A stretch of DNA of 64,000 nucleotides from positions 2,848,001-2,912,000 of the forward strand of contig OY769902.1 of assembly GCA_963669175.1 (NCBI GenBank), written 5' to 3'. Made by a program: the position numbers and the translations under genes. The notes beneath the pieces are model-generated. The model worked only from the letters and a program-made list of their open reading frames with translations. It ran no database searches and was not told the DNA's origin. The stretch is from a bacterium (lineage in GTDB: Bacteria > Electryoneota > Electryoneia > Electryoneales > Electryoneaceae). Positions 20,742 to 30,617 of this stretch are shown here, in pieces; positions within the stretch are counted from its first letter, which is position 1, and the number at the start of each line of letters is the position of its first letter.

Positions 20742-23303
20742 CTATTCATACTCCATCCTGACCTGCTGAGCGATTTCGACTTTTGAGGCGCGTAAAGCGG
20801 GCATCAGTCCGGCAAACAGGGCGCTGAGAATCATCAGGCCACCCGCCAGCCCGATCTGGCCCCATTGAATTTGCGGACTCAGGGACCAGCCGAAGCTGTA
20901 TTTGTTGATAACATAGATAAGGATAAGGCTGAGAATAATGCCCAGTACAGCGCCCAGCAGCCAGCCTGCCAAGCCCAATAGACCTGATTCCGCGAGGATA
21001 CGTCCGATGAGCTGACGTTGTGAACCGCCAATCGCACGGATGATCGCATGTTCACGGGACTGTTCGGTGACAATCGCCGCCATGCCGCCACTGACCGCGA
21101 GAAGAGCTACAATAATGGCCACCGCTTCCAAAGCGTAGGTAATCGCAAAGGTATGATCAAACACATCCAACACGGCACGGCGTAGCTGAACATTGGTCCG
21201 GACATCCAGATCCAGTTCCGGGGGGAGCAGAGATTCGACCAGCTTTCGACCTTCATCAATGCTCATTTCGTCCGGGATGTAGATCGCAATGGAAACCGGA
21301 CGGTCATCACGCCAGTGTTCCGCAAACCAGGCACGATCTACCAGGATCAACCCGGAGTCGGTTGAGTAATCATAATAGATAGAGGTAACAAACAGGCGTT
21401 GCGGACCGGTTGGCGTCTCAACGGTAATGCTGTCGCCGGGTGAGACGCCCTGATGAAAGGCCATGGTCTCTGAAACAATGCAGGCCGGATCTCCACGTAG
21501 CAGCGACTCGTATGGCGACTGATCAGGAAGCGTCTCAAGGAATTGCAGCCGTTGCTGTTTTGCGACGGAAACCATACGAGTCATGGCCATACGGACATCA
21601 TGATCGTTAGCTTTGAGCTGAACGGTACGAAAACAGTCGATGTCCGCCAGTTGATCGTTGGTCAGCAAATTGTCCAGAACATAGGCCGGTATCAATTCAC
21701 CTTTATTCAGCTCAAAAGAACCGGAACCGGTAACCACAAGGTCTGCGGTGATTGTGTTTTTATACCAGATGTCTACGGTATTTCGGAAGGATTTAACCAT
21801 CATGTCCACGGAAAGCCACATGGCAACCGCGAGCGCCAGCGCTGCGACAGCGGGCGCAGTACGGTGACGTGAACGTACCAGCACTCCCAGCATCATGTTT
21901 ACCTGGGCGCCGAGCTTTGCGATGCCGGTCCAGGAAAGAATCTTGTAGCCAGCTCCCAGCAGCCAGGGAGTCATAAGCGCCGCCCCGAATACAAAGGCCG
22001 CCGCGGCGCCATACCCGGTTATCACCGGGAAAGCAGGGAAGGGGTAACGGGCCAGTATCGTGCCGAGTAGGACAAATCCGATTCCGCCGAGCAGAAGGAT
22101 AACCGGACGCATCCGGTCTTCCAGCACCTGACGTGAGAAGCTGTCGCGTACCGGCACTCGCGCCGCCTCAAAGGCTACCGGGGTAACAGCGGCAATCGCG
22201 ACAACAATCCCAAGCGCGGCGCTGGTAGCGATCTCGCCCCAAGTGACATACCAGCCTTGCGCGCCTTCAAGCAGGTAGAGTGTGCTTACGGTGATTTGAA
22301 CTGCACGAACCGCACCACGGGCGAACAGCAAACCCAACGGTACACCAAACAGTGCGCCGAGTATCCCAAGGGCGATTCCTTCGAGCAAATAGAATTTCAC
22401 AACAAAGCGTCGTCCCGATCCAACAGCTCGCAGAATGCCGGTCAACCTTCGCCTTTGCAAAGCCGCAGCGGTTACAGTCTGGTAGACAAGGAATCCGGCA
22501 ACGAGAAGCGCTACAAATGCCAGCGCTGTCAGGTTCAAGCGAAATGAAGCGAGCATCTTCTCCGCCTGGGGACGCCGCCAGCCGGCGGCTTTTGCTGTGA
22601 TGCCGGGAGGCAGAAAACGATTGACTGCGGCCAGCACGGAATCCTGATTGACACCCTTATTGAAGAGGATATCGATACGGTGTATAGCGCCCCAATCATC
22701 GGTCAGGCGCCATGCGCGGGGCAGATCCATAATGATCAGGTCGGCGATTTGCGCCTTGGATACTGTCTCACCTTCAAGGATGCCCAGAAGTTGAAGCGTA
22801 TCACTCTTTCCACTGTGAAAGAGTGGAAAACGGTCACCAATCGTAACCCCGAGTTCCTCTGCCAGCGAAGGGGACAGTAGAGCTGAATTCGGTGACGTGA
22901 AGATGACAAGCGGTTGGGTTGAATCTGCCAGTTCAGCCTTATACCAGGGACGAAGGTCACTGTCACGGGCCAGGTCTACACCCATCAGCTTGACGATACG
23001 TTCCTGAGCGCCGGCTCGTGCGCGCCTGATATATACCGGTGCGGCAGAATGTATTCCGGGCCAACGTGCCAGCGAGGTATAAAGCTCGGGAGGGATATGT
23101 CCTTCCCCTTCGGCGTAAATCTCCACATCTGTCCGTCCGGCAATCAGCTCCAGACTACGGCCAAAGGCTTCAATAGCGGATGAGTTTGCCACGCGAACAG
23201 CCAGCAGCACCGCAACGCCCAGCGCAACGCCACCGATAGCCAGTAATGTTCTTCCGGGACGAGCCAGCCAGCCTCGTATAAACAGTCGCAGCAGGGGTCT
23301 CAT
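20742..23303 (-). CDS. FtsX/MacB-like ABC transporter permease (duplicated architecture)
   Basis: Two TM clusters with periplasmic loops; ILRAVG and IIRAIGG motifs. Confidence 0.92.
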   Translation of the reverse strand: MRPLLRLFIRGWLARPGRTLLAIGGVALGVAVLLAVRVANSSAIEAFGRSLELIAGRTDVEIYAEGEGHIPPELYTSLARWPGIHSAAPVYIRRARAGAQERIVKLMGVDLARDSDLRPWYKAELADSTQPLVIFTSPNSALLSPSLAEELGVTIGDRFPLFHSGKSDTLQLLGILEGETVSKAQIADLIIMDLPRAWRLTDDWGAIHRIDILFNKGVNQDSVLAAVNRFLPPGITAKAAGWRRPQAEKMLASFRLNLTALAFVALLVAGFLVYQTVTAAALQRRRLTGILRAVGSGRRFVVKFYLLEGIALGILGALFGVPLGLLFARGAVRAVQITVSTLYLLEGAQGWYVTWGEIATSAALGIVVAIAAVTPVAFEAARVPVRDSFSRQVLEDRMRPVILLLGGIGFVLLGTILARYPFPAFPVITGYGAAAAFVFGAALMTPWLLGAGYKILSWTGIAKLGAQVNMMLGVLVRSRHRTAPAVAALALAVAMWLSVDMMVKSFRNTVDIWYKNTITADLVVTGSGSFELNKGELIPAYVLDNLLTNDQLADIDCFRTVQLKANDHDVRMAMTRMVSVAKQQRLQFLETLPDQSPYESLLRGDPACIVSETMAFHQGVSPGDSITVETPTGPQRLFVTSIYYDYSTDSGLILVDRAWFAEHWRDDRPVSIAIYIPDEMSIDEGRKLVESLLPPELDLDVRTNVQLRRAVLDVFDHTFAITYALEAVAIIVALLAVSGGMAAIVTEQSREHAIIRAIGGSQRQLIGRILAESGLLGLAGWLLGAVLGIILSLILIYVINKYSFGWSLSPQIQWGQIGLAGGLMILSALFAGLMPALRASKVEIAQQVRMEYE

Positions 23304-24025
23304 GAGTGATCCAGTTTCCCGTCACGGAGTTTCAGAACACGGTCGCCGGACTGGAACATCTCACGGTCATGGCTGGCGATCAGCACAGACGCAATGCCTT
23401 CTCCAGCAATGGTTCGGAAAAGTGTCATCACACGATGTGAGGCTGTGCTGTCCAGGTTCCCGGTCGGTTCATCCGCCAGGATCACGGCCGGATCATTGAT
23501 CAACGCACGCGCTATTGCAGTACGCTGTATCTCGCCGCCGGAAAGCTCGTGGGGCCGGTGGCTGACACGATCAAGCAGATCAACACGCTCCAGAAGTGTT
23601 TCTGCCTTGGCCTTCGCTTGTTTGAAAGGAATACCGGCCAGTTCTGCTGGCAGGGATACATTTTCCAGGATCGTCAGGGTTGGAATCAGGTGGAAGAACT
23701 GAAAAACAATGCCTACGGTATGACGTCGATATTCATCAATATCTTTATCTGCGAGATCACTCAACCAGGTATCAGCTACCCTGATCCGCCCCGAATCCGG
23801 ACGGTCTAACGCGCCAAGCAGGTTGATCAGGGTAGACTTGCCACACCCGGAAGGTCCGGTTATAAACGTAATTCCGGAAGGCAACTCCAGCGAGACATGG
23901 TTCAGCGCATAAACAGGCTTGGTCGTGTGACCGTATACACGGCTGACATCCTGCAATTCAATCACGGGTTGTTCAGGTCCTTGGTTCAGTTCTTTCATGC
24001 CCTCAAGATAGAGTCCCAGATTCAT
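23300..24025 (-). CDS. ABC transporter ATP-binding protein (LolD/MacB type)
   Basis: [25 protein letters not shown]. Confidence 0.95.
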   Translation of the reverse strand: MNLGLYLEGMKELNQGPEQPVIELQDVSRVYGHTTKPVYALNHVSLELPSGITFITGPSGCGKSTLINLLGALDRPDSGRIRVADTWLSDLADKDIDEYRRHTVGIVFQFFHLIPTLTILENVSLPAELAGIPFKQAKAKAETLLERVDLLDRVSHRPHELSGGEIQRTAIARALINDPAVILADEPTGNLDSTASHRVMTLFRTIAGEGIASVLIASHDREMFQSGDRVLKLRDGKLDHS

Positions 24026-24148
24026 TGAGAAAACGGCAATTTTTCAGCCCGCCCCGGGAGGGGTGGAATTTCATGACTCGTTCCGGCGGGATTGCACTTG
24101 AGTGCCAATCATCGTATTCTTTCATTATTAAAAACAGTGGAGGTACTG

Positions 24149-24790
24149 ATGCTCGTCCGGCAGATTCTGACAGGTGGAGATCGTAATTACGCCTATGTCG
24201 TAGCTGATGAAGAATCCAGACTGGCGTTGATTATAGATCCCTCGTATGCCCCTGAACGAGTTTTTGAGTTCATCACAAGAAATAAGTTGAAGGTCTACTA
24301 TGTGCTGAATACTCACCGGCACCATGATCACAGCAATGGCAACGAAACGATGCTTCAGTTGAGTGGGGTTGAAGCGCTGGCCTTTGGCGACGCGGATCCT
24401 CGCACAGACAAGAGAATCGAGCAGGGTGCTGTTTTCCCGATGGGAAGTCTGAACATTCACATCTTGCATACCCCCGGTCATACGGAAGATTCTATTTGCA
24501 TCCTGGTGAACAATGCTGTATTTACCGGCGATACGCTTTTTGTGGGTAAAGTCGGCGGAACCGGGTACGGTGAAGATGCACGGCAGGAATATGATTCGAT
24601 CCACGAGAAACTGATGACCTTGCCGGATGAAACTCGTATATTTCCGGGGCACAATGTCGGTGTACAACCTTCATCGACAGTGGCAAACGAACGTGAGACG
24701 AATCCGTTTCTTCAGCAACCTGATTTTGAGAGCTTTGTCGAATTGAAACGTAATTGGCTGGAGTATAAAAGAAAGCATGGGATCGCGTGA
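24149..24790 (+). CDS. Metallo-beta-lactamase fold hydrolase (glyoxalase II-like)
   Basis: THRHHDHS, HTPGHT, TGDTLF, PGH; GGAGG RBS. Confidence 0.92.
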   Translation: MLVRQILTGGDRNYAYVVADEESRLALIIDPSYAPERVFEFITRNKLKVYYVLNTHRHHDHSNGNETMLQLSGVEALAFGDADPRTDKRIEQGAVFPMGSLNIHILHTPGHTEDSICILVNNAVFTGDTLFVGKVGGTGYGEDARQEYDSIHEKLMTLPDETRIFPGHNVGVQPSSTVANERETNPFLQQPDFESFVELKRNWLEYKRKHGIA

Positions 24791-24843
24791 CCGGTGGACC
24801 GACTCTGAAGTGAATTGATCCATCTGGATAGAAAGGATTTTTC

Positions 24844-25518
24844 ATGAAAAACCTGCGCCAGTTTGTGGTTCTCAGCATCATTATACTTCTTATAGCTACT
24901 GGTTTGACAGCAGGTTATGCAACTCTATTGAAAATGAAGCGGATGGCAGACGCGCGTGGCTTTCAGTTACCCATGCGTAAACTGGTGGCTGAACTCGCCA
25001 ATCCGAAAACTCTGTTCTACGTCAGCAAAGTAATAATTGATGCCGCGCCTACAATCGGTAAACCTGAGGAAGTAACTCTCAGGACCGAGCAGAACGCTAT
25101 CACGATTAACCGTCCGGTTGATGTTGTATTCGACTTCTTTGTTGATCCCCAGAAAATGAAGCTTTGGATTGCGGGGCTGGAGAGCATTGATGAGCTTTCC
25201 CAGGGACCGATGGAAAAGGGAGCAAAATACGTCGCTTTTTATAAATTGATGGGAAGCCGCTTTCAACTGGTAGGCGTCGTTGATGAGTTTGTCCCATTCA
25301 AGAAGATGCGTGTTTTGATGGATCACTCTGATTTCAGCGCGAATATCAGTTTTGAGTTTATTGAACACAACAAGGCAACAACGATTCTACATTCAATGCA
25401 GGCCTCTACAAATTCCGGTACGATGATGATTGCCGCCGGCATGGTTGCATACCAGGCCGACCTCGAGCTGAGTAAAGATTTGGAAAACCTGCAAAAGATT
25501 ATTGAGTCGAGGTATTGA
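24844..25518 (+). CDS. Membrane-anchored SRPBCC/START-domain protein
   Basis: ITINRPVDVVFDF.VDP...KLW; C-terminal DLENLQKIIE helix. Confidence 0.75.
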   Translation: MKNLRQFVVLSIIILLIATGLTAGYATLLKMKRMADARGFQLPMRKLVAELANPKTLFYVSKVIIDAAPTIGKPEEVTLRTEQNAITINRPVDVVFDFFVDPQKMKLWIAGLESIDELSQGPMEKGAKYVAFYKLMGSRFQLVGVVDEFVPFKKMRVLMDHSDFSANISFEFIEHNKATTILHSMQASTNSGTMMIAAGMVAYQADLELSKDLENLQKIIESRY

Positions 25519-25519
25519 T

Positions 25520-26200
25520 ATGAAGTTGAATCTTGCAGAAGAATTTGTACTGCTTGCCCTGAATGATGAAACAGGAAAATGGGTAGCCGAAGGCACCGCG
25601 TTGCAGCTTGCTATTCCGGGAGCCCTATTGATCGAGCTCTTTCAGCTGAACAAGCTGACAATGGATAATAAAAAAGTCATTGTTTTGGACAGTACTCCCA
25701 CAGGTGATGCTCAGCTTGATGAAGCGCTCAACCTGATCACTTCAGCTAAGAAGACTCGCAAGCCTAACTATTGGGTGCAGAAACTGGCAAGCAAGATGAA
25801 AAAGCTGAAAGAAATCATGGTAAATCGTCTGGTGGAAAAAAATATTGTTAAGGTGGAAGAGGACAAGGTGTTATGGCTGTTCGATGTGAAGCATTACCCT
25901 ACTGAAAATCCGATGCCTGAACTGGAAATCCGCCAGAAGCTGGACAGTATTATCCTTCAGGGAAGCCAACCGGATGATCACATGGCCGCATTGATAAGCC
26001 TTGCGTATACCTGCAACCTGGCAAAAGAATTGTTTGACAAGGAAGTCAGGAAAGAAGCGACAAAAAGAATGAAACAGATTGCAAAAGAGACAAAAGCGGC
26101 AGAACCAGTAGCGCAGGCAATTCAGGAAGTTCAGGCAGCAGTTATCGCTTCGGTTGCGGCCGCGGTTTCTTCAGCCGCCGCTGCATCAGCTTCTTCCTGA
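25520..26200 (+). CDS. GPP34/GOLPH3 family protein
   Basis: LAEEFVLLAL, GALLIEL, PTGD..LDEAL, poly-Ala/Ser tail. Confidence 0.85.
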   Translation: MKLNLAEEFVLLALNDETGKWVAEGTALQLAIPGALLIELFQLNKLTMDNKKVIVLDSTPTGDAQLDEALNLITSAKKTRKPNYWVQKLASKMKKLKEIMVNRLVEKNIVKVEEDKVLWLFDVKHYPTENPMPELEIRQKLDSIILQGSQPDDHMAALISLAYTCNLAKELFDKEVRKEATKRMKQIAKETKAAEPVAQAIQEVQAAVIASVAAAVSSAAAASASS

Positions 26201-26216
26201 TGCAGATGGTTAATGC

Positions 26217-26450
26217 TTGGAAAAAGGGGACTGCCTCCTTTCCCTGGGGTAAAGCCTTTCCGGCGTGAGCATGGACCGGGAAAGGTGGCTGTACCCTTTT
26301 TCTTGAAAGCAGGCAGGAAGTACACGGAAAAGGGGACAGTTTCCTTTTCCAGAAATACTTCAGGAATATTCCGTATAAGCGCGAGGAAAAGGATCCCGTC
26401 CCCTTTTCCCGGCAATCTCCATTATAACGGAATTAAATCGATAACAGCTA
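26217..26450 (+). repeat. Repeat family A, full BIME-like copy (4 units in 2 inverted doublets)
   Basis: Units at 26219, 26279, 26326 and 26385; near-identical to 35478-35712 (reverse) and 47218-47446. Confidence 0.95.
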
Positions 26451-26483
26451 TGTGTATAGGGAGTATACAAGCAAGCCGATCCA

Positions 26484-28103
26484 CTACCCCAGTGAGCCGT
26501 TTTTTTTGTTGTTGAGAATGATATCAAGATCCCTGGGAAGCTGAATCGTAAATGTCGTGCCTTTTCCTTCTTCGCTGGAAACAGTGATTTGTCCGTGATG
26601 ATCCTGCAAAATCCGGTAACAGATCGCCAGTCCCAATCCTGTCCCGACGCCTACACCCTTGGTAGTATACCCCGGATCAAACACCCGGCTAAGCTTATCT
26701 TTCGGAATCCCATGACCGTTATCAGCAATCTGAACCGTTACGTTTTCTTTGTCCTCTCTGGTACGGATTGTAATGATGCCTTTCCCTTCGGGGAATGCCT
26801 GGACTGCATTAACGATGAGGTTCAACCAAACCTGGTTTAACTGAGCCGGAAAACAGGGGACCGGTGAAAGGTCGCCAAATTCTTTTACAACCTTGACCTT
26901 ATCTTTCAACTCATGGTGAATCAGTTGCAGGGTACTCTCGATACCTTCGTGAAGATCCGCGCGTTGCAGTTCAGCCTGATCAAGTCGGGCAAAAGACTTG
27001 AGTTGTTTGACGATGCGAGCTACACGATCACTACCGTCAGCAATGACACGGTTTGCATCATTGATCACCTGCATATTAGCCTGCCATTTATGTTCAGTTT
27101 CAGATTGCAGGTCAGCACAATTGCCGATTTCATTGATGTGTTCAATTGCTGTACGTAATGTCGAATGCATGGAGCGAATTGCCCCCATGGGGGTGTTGAT
27201 TTCATGCGCAACACCTGCGACCAGTTGACCAAGTGAGGCCATCTTTTCTGCCTGTGCCATTCGAGCATGGGCGTCCTGCAACTGCTCGGTTCTCTCTTCT
27301 ACACGTTTTTCCAGTAGCAAATTCATCTCATCAACCCGGGCGAACTGGTATCGTACAATCGCGATGTAGAAGAGCAACACGGCAAGCGGAAAGGCTGTGA
27401 ATGGATAGATCTGAGTGGAAGAATCGAAAATCAAAGGAAGAATTACGAAGAGTAAAGCTGCCGGACCATAAATCAAGCCGAACGCGATGAGATTCAACGC
27501 CAGGAATTCCCTGTATGAACGGCTGTCAGATTTTCGATAGGCATAACTTAAAATATACATGATTTTGGTTATAGCAACGCAGAGAATAAAAAAGCTAAAA
27601 TAGACCAATGGCCCATATTCGATTTTATAAACGTGAGTTGCGTGAGGATTTACCGTAATACCTGAAATAAACCAGTCTGTGCTGAGAAGCAGGGCTAGAA
27701 TGATTGACGCGATGACAATCATGCCAGTAAAATAATAACGTAGCGGAATCCTGACCCCGAACATGGTAAGCAATTCACCACTGACCATTGAAACACCGAT
27801 ATGGCGTCCGAATATGGTGAACTCCTGTTCGTAGCGTGCCAGCATGGCAGAATAATAGACAGCGAAAAGTGCGGATAATAAAGCAAAGAAGGGGGCAAAC
27901 CTGATAACAGTGTTGACGTGATCAATATTTTCAAGTCTTGTTGCAGCAAATACGAATGACGATGCGGTTCCCAGCATGAAACAGAAGATTGAAAACAGCT
28001 TCCACATATGATCGCCCTTACGTGAAAAAAGGGCAACGAGAGCCAGCGAATAAAGGAAGGCGGCGCTGATCAAAGGAGGTATGGAAACCGGTAGTACTGG
28101 CAT
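26484..28103 (-). CDS. Membrane sensor histidine kinase
   Basis: Multi-TM N-terminus; GVAHEINTP H-box, NLIVNAVQA, DNGHGI, GTGLGL. Confidence 0.95.
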   Translation of the reverse strand: MPVLPVSIPPLISAAFLYSLALVALFSRKGDHMWKLFSIFCFMLGTASSFVFAATRLENIDHVNTVIRFAPFFALLSALFAVYYSAMLARYEQEFTIFGRHIGVSMVSGELLTMFGVRIPLRYYFTGMIVIASIILALLLSTDWFISGITVNPHATHVYKIEYGPLVYFSFFILCVAITKIMYILSYAYRKSDSRSYREFLALNLIAFGLIYGPAALLFVILPLIFDSSTQIYPFTAFPLAVLLFYIAIVRYQFARVDEMNLLLEKRVEERTEQLQDAHARMAQAEKMASLGQLVAGVAHEINTPMGAIRSMHSTLRTAIEHINEIGNCADLQSETEHKWQANMQVINDANRVIADGSDRVARIVKQLKSFARLDQAELQRADLHEGIESTLQLIHHELKDKVKVVKEFGDLSPVPCFPAQLNQVWLNLIVNAVQAFPEGKGIITIRTREDKENVTVQIADNGHGIPKDKLSRVFDPGYTTKGVGVGTGLGLAICYRILQDHHGQITVSSEEGKGTTFTIQLPRDLDIILNNKKNGSLG

Positions 28104-28171
28104 CTTGTATTTTCACTTGGAAAGTTAGACAGTATCATTTAAGATACGAAAAATTCCCGGTGAAATGCTGC

Positions 28172-29617
28172 TCATGCGACTCGGTTGAAAGATGCGCCGC
28201 TTCGAGGGGGAAACTCGGCCAGTTTTTTCGTGGAAGGACGAGAAGAAGAGGTGGAATTGCTGTTGCGTCTATACGATTCAGCGGCTCGTTTTAATGGACC
28301 GTTTTCATCAAGTATCATTCCTGATTGCTGCATGGAATTTGCCTGGATGACGCCGTTACCCATTGCAGCCTGCCCAACGGAGCCGCCGTTCTGATTGCCT
28401 GACATGATCCCGTTTTGATTGCCCTGATCATCAGATGTTGCATGATTTTCATTCTCGCCAAAAGCATCAGCAGCCGGTGATTGCCTGTTATAGGATTCGA
28501 TGGGCGAGAACGGAGATGTGTCGTCCTGAACCCCCATGGCCGATGTGGGCTGCTCCGATGTGTCGCCTGGTTGAGGCTGCGAAGGCGCGGGATCTGTTAT
28601 CGCAAATGGATTGACATCAACTGGTGCGACTGCCGGATAGGTTGATTCTTCAGGTTGTTCTTCGGATTCTGACGGTGAAGTGATTCCATTCCGTGATGTA
28701 TCTTCTTCCGGTTCAGTCTTTTTAACTGCCGGATCTGCCTGTTCTGTCTGATCTGCGCCTGTTTGGCTTGTTTCTTCGGATTCCGTTGCTTGAGAAGCGC
28801 GTTCATCATTGATTTCTTTCTGGGCCTCGGTGGCGACCTGGCGGGCTTCGGCAGCAACTTTACGATCCTGCGCCGATGGTTCAGCGGGGGCAAGAGCCGC
28901 ACGTTCCGCCTGCTGGGCGTTTCGCATGCGTTCTTCCGGTTCATCGCCACCGCCGACACTAATACTGACATGGCCGCCTGTCGCGTACTGACGTCCGTCC
29001 GGACCCTTTTCATAATCATACTGTGCGCCGCCACTGGCTAGATGTCCGGCTGCGGCCAGGTGAGCCTGTTCATGCTGACGAACTTCCGTGTCACGCTTTT
29101 TCAGTTCCTCGACTTCTTTTGCTTCGTCCTTGGATAATTCCTGGCTGGTGGCTGGTGTTTTTGATGATCCCGATTTTTCCTCATCATCGCTTGAGGTTGT
29201 TTTATCTGTCTTCTCGTCTGACGTATTGTCTATTGGAGAAAGACTGACATCCGGTTCAGAGGATTGAGAATAGGAGTCGCTGATGGATGTCAACCCCGGT
29301 TGTGCTTCAGCCTGGTCGTCCTGTTGAGTCTGTTCAGGTTGGCTAATCAGGCTTGCAGCATCATCTTTCTCTTCGTCGTCGTTTTGTTGGTTGTTCAGTG
29401 CGCTTTGATACCGTTCATAGGCGCTGGAAGAGATGGAAGCGCTGTCCTGATAGCCGCAGCAATAGGGGGGATGCCCGCCACACTTGGGGCAAACTTCTTC
29501 ATCGTCGGGTATGGTCGAGATGGCGCGGTTCAGGAGCGGAGAAAGCCCAGCCTGGAATCCGGCGCTCCGGACTCCGGCGGACATACGTCCTGAAATAATC
29601 ATGGATTCGCTTGCCAT
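28172..29617 (-). CDS. SprA-related family protein with low-complexity flanks
   Basis: RDTEVRQHEQAHLAAAG...GPDGRQYATGGHVSI...AALAPAEPSAQDRKVA. Confidence 0.85.
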   Translation of the reverse strand: MASESMIISGRMSAGVRSAGFQAGLSPLLNRAISTIPDDEEVCPKCGGHPPYCCGYQDSASISSSAYERYQSALNNQQNDDEEKDDAASLISQPEQTQQDDQAEAQPGLTSISDSYSQSSEPDVSLSPIDNTSDEKTDKTTSSDDEEKSGSSKTPATSQELSKDEAKEVEELKKRDTEVRQHEQAHLAAAGHLASGGAQYDYEKGPDGRQYATGGHVSISVGGGDEPEERMRNAQQAERAALAPAEPSAQDRKVAAEARQVATEAQKEINDERASQATESEETSQTGADQTEQADPAVKKTEPEEDTSRNGITSPSESEEQPEESTYPAVAPVDVNPFAITDPAPSQPQPGDTSEQPTSAMGVQDDTSPFSPIESYNRQSPAADAFGENENHATSDDQGNQNGIMSGNQNGGSVGQAAMGNGVIQANSMQQSGMILDENGPLKRAAESYRRNSNSTSSSRPSTKKLAEFPPRSGASFNRVA

Positions 29618-29997
29618 CGTTCGCTCCGTTGACTTGTACCTCAAGCCACAACAACGAAACAGGTCGATGGTCACCCTCAATTATCCTATCGGCAAGATTA
29701 TCCATAAGCTTTACTATTTTATCGCATAGTGTGTTCTGCTATTTCCTCCGAAGTTGGTGCAGATGGTATTGTGTCTAGCGCAATTAGTGCAGTTGGTATC
29801 GTGTCTAACGTAATCTGAGGATGATTAGCCTGCTTTAGCAGGCTCCTCTTAGCACCCGGCTTTAGCCGGGTGGGTGATTCTATCCAAATGGAAGAGCGCG
29901 CTTCAGCGTGCTTTCACTTGTGATCCAAGTATGATTCTGGAAAGCACCCTGAAGGGCGCTTGGTAATGATTTGTTAGCTGTTCCCCCGGCTGAAGCC

Positions 29998-30393
29998 CTG
30001 TCTCTTGCTCACATCTTCGTGTTTCTGCCACCCCAGAGGGGGTGGTATATTTTAGCGTAGGGTAGACGCTGTCTGTTTAGCGTCTACCCTACGAAAAAGA
30101 TCAAACCTTATCTCAACCCTGGAAGGGTTGCATAACGTATAATTTACACCCAATTGATTTATAAAGGATATAAATTACGTTATTACCTGTAATAATTGAA
30201 TAAACTAATATTGACTGCTCATTATGCAACCCTTCCAGGGTTGATTGTTCGTTAGAAATCCTGACATAGTGTACAGGCCAAACAGACGGCCTGTACACTA
30301 TGCTAAAATAGGGAATCCCGCCGGGATTCTAAAAATGCGATGTCCACAATCCTTTTGCTGATAAAGCTTTCAGAGGATGTGGGTAAGAGACAG
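29998..30393. mobile_element. Non-autonomous IS4-family (IS50/Tn5-like) MITE, 396 bp
   Basis: Ends CTGTCTCTTGCTCACATCT and GGATGTGGGTAAGAGACAG; flanking duplication GGCTGAAGCC at 29988-29997 and 30394-30403. Confidence 0.85.
30028..30331. repeat. Repeat family D copy inside the MITE
   Basis: Perfect 15-bp stems at 30056-30093 and 30265-30302; TCAACCCTGGAAGGGTTGCATAA inverted pair. Confidence 0.85.
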
Positions 30394-30617
30394 GGCTGAA
30401 GCCGGGGGCTAAGAGGAGCAGGCTAAAGCCTGCTAAGAGAGTATGGTCTATTAAAACGCATTGACTCGACAGTTACGCCAATAAGGAGTGCCTACCGAGG
30501 TAAATCCAGTTGCCCATTCGAAATTGCGTGGACTTCAGAGAACTACTCAATATGTTGGTATTTTTTATTCTGTCATGTATGTTCGAGCATCGTTAGAATA
30601 CTACAAAAGGAGGAGCG

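Larger units (their letters stand above)
29825..30436. repeat. Repeat family C (GGCTGAAGCC-type REP element) interrupted by a MITE
   Basis: Inverted terminal arms; about 206 bp once the insert and one duplication copy are removed. Confidence 0.85.

Noticed and set aside
26213-26515. ORFs with KGTVSF/KVAVPF motifs (also 35396-35758, 47044-47498, 51798-52128)
   Set aside because: They are translations of repeat family A, not credible proteins.
29755-29815. Two-copy ~30-bp tandem duplication (GTGCAG.TGGTAT.GTGTCTA.CG.AAT)
   Set aside because: Only two degenerate copies and no further structure.
29998-30393. Nextera adapter contamination
   Set aside because: Both ends differ from the mosaic end at 3 positions and from each other, no adapter tail follows, and the ends bracket the insert with a target duplication; read-level confirmation is still desirable.
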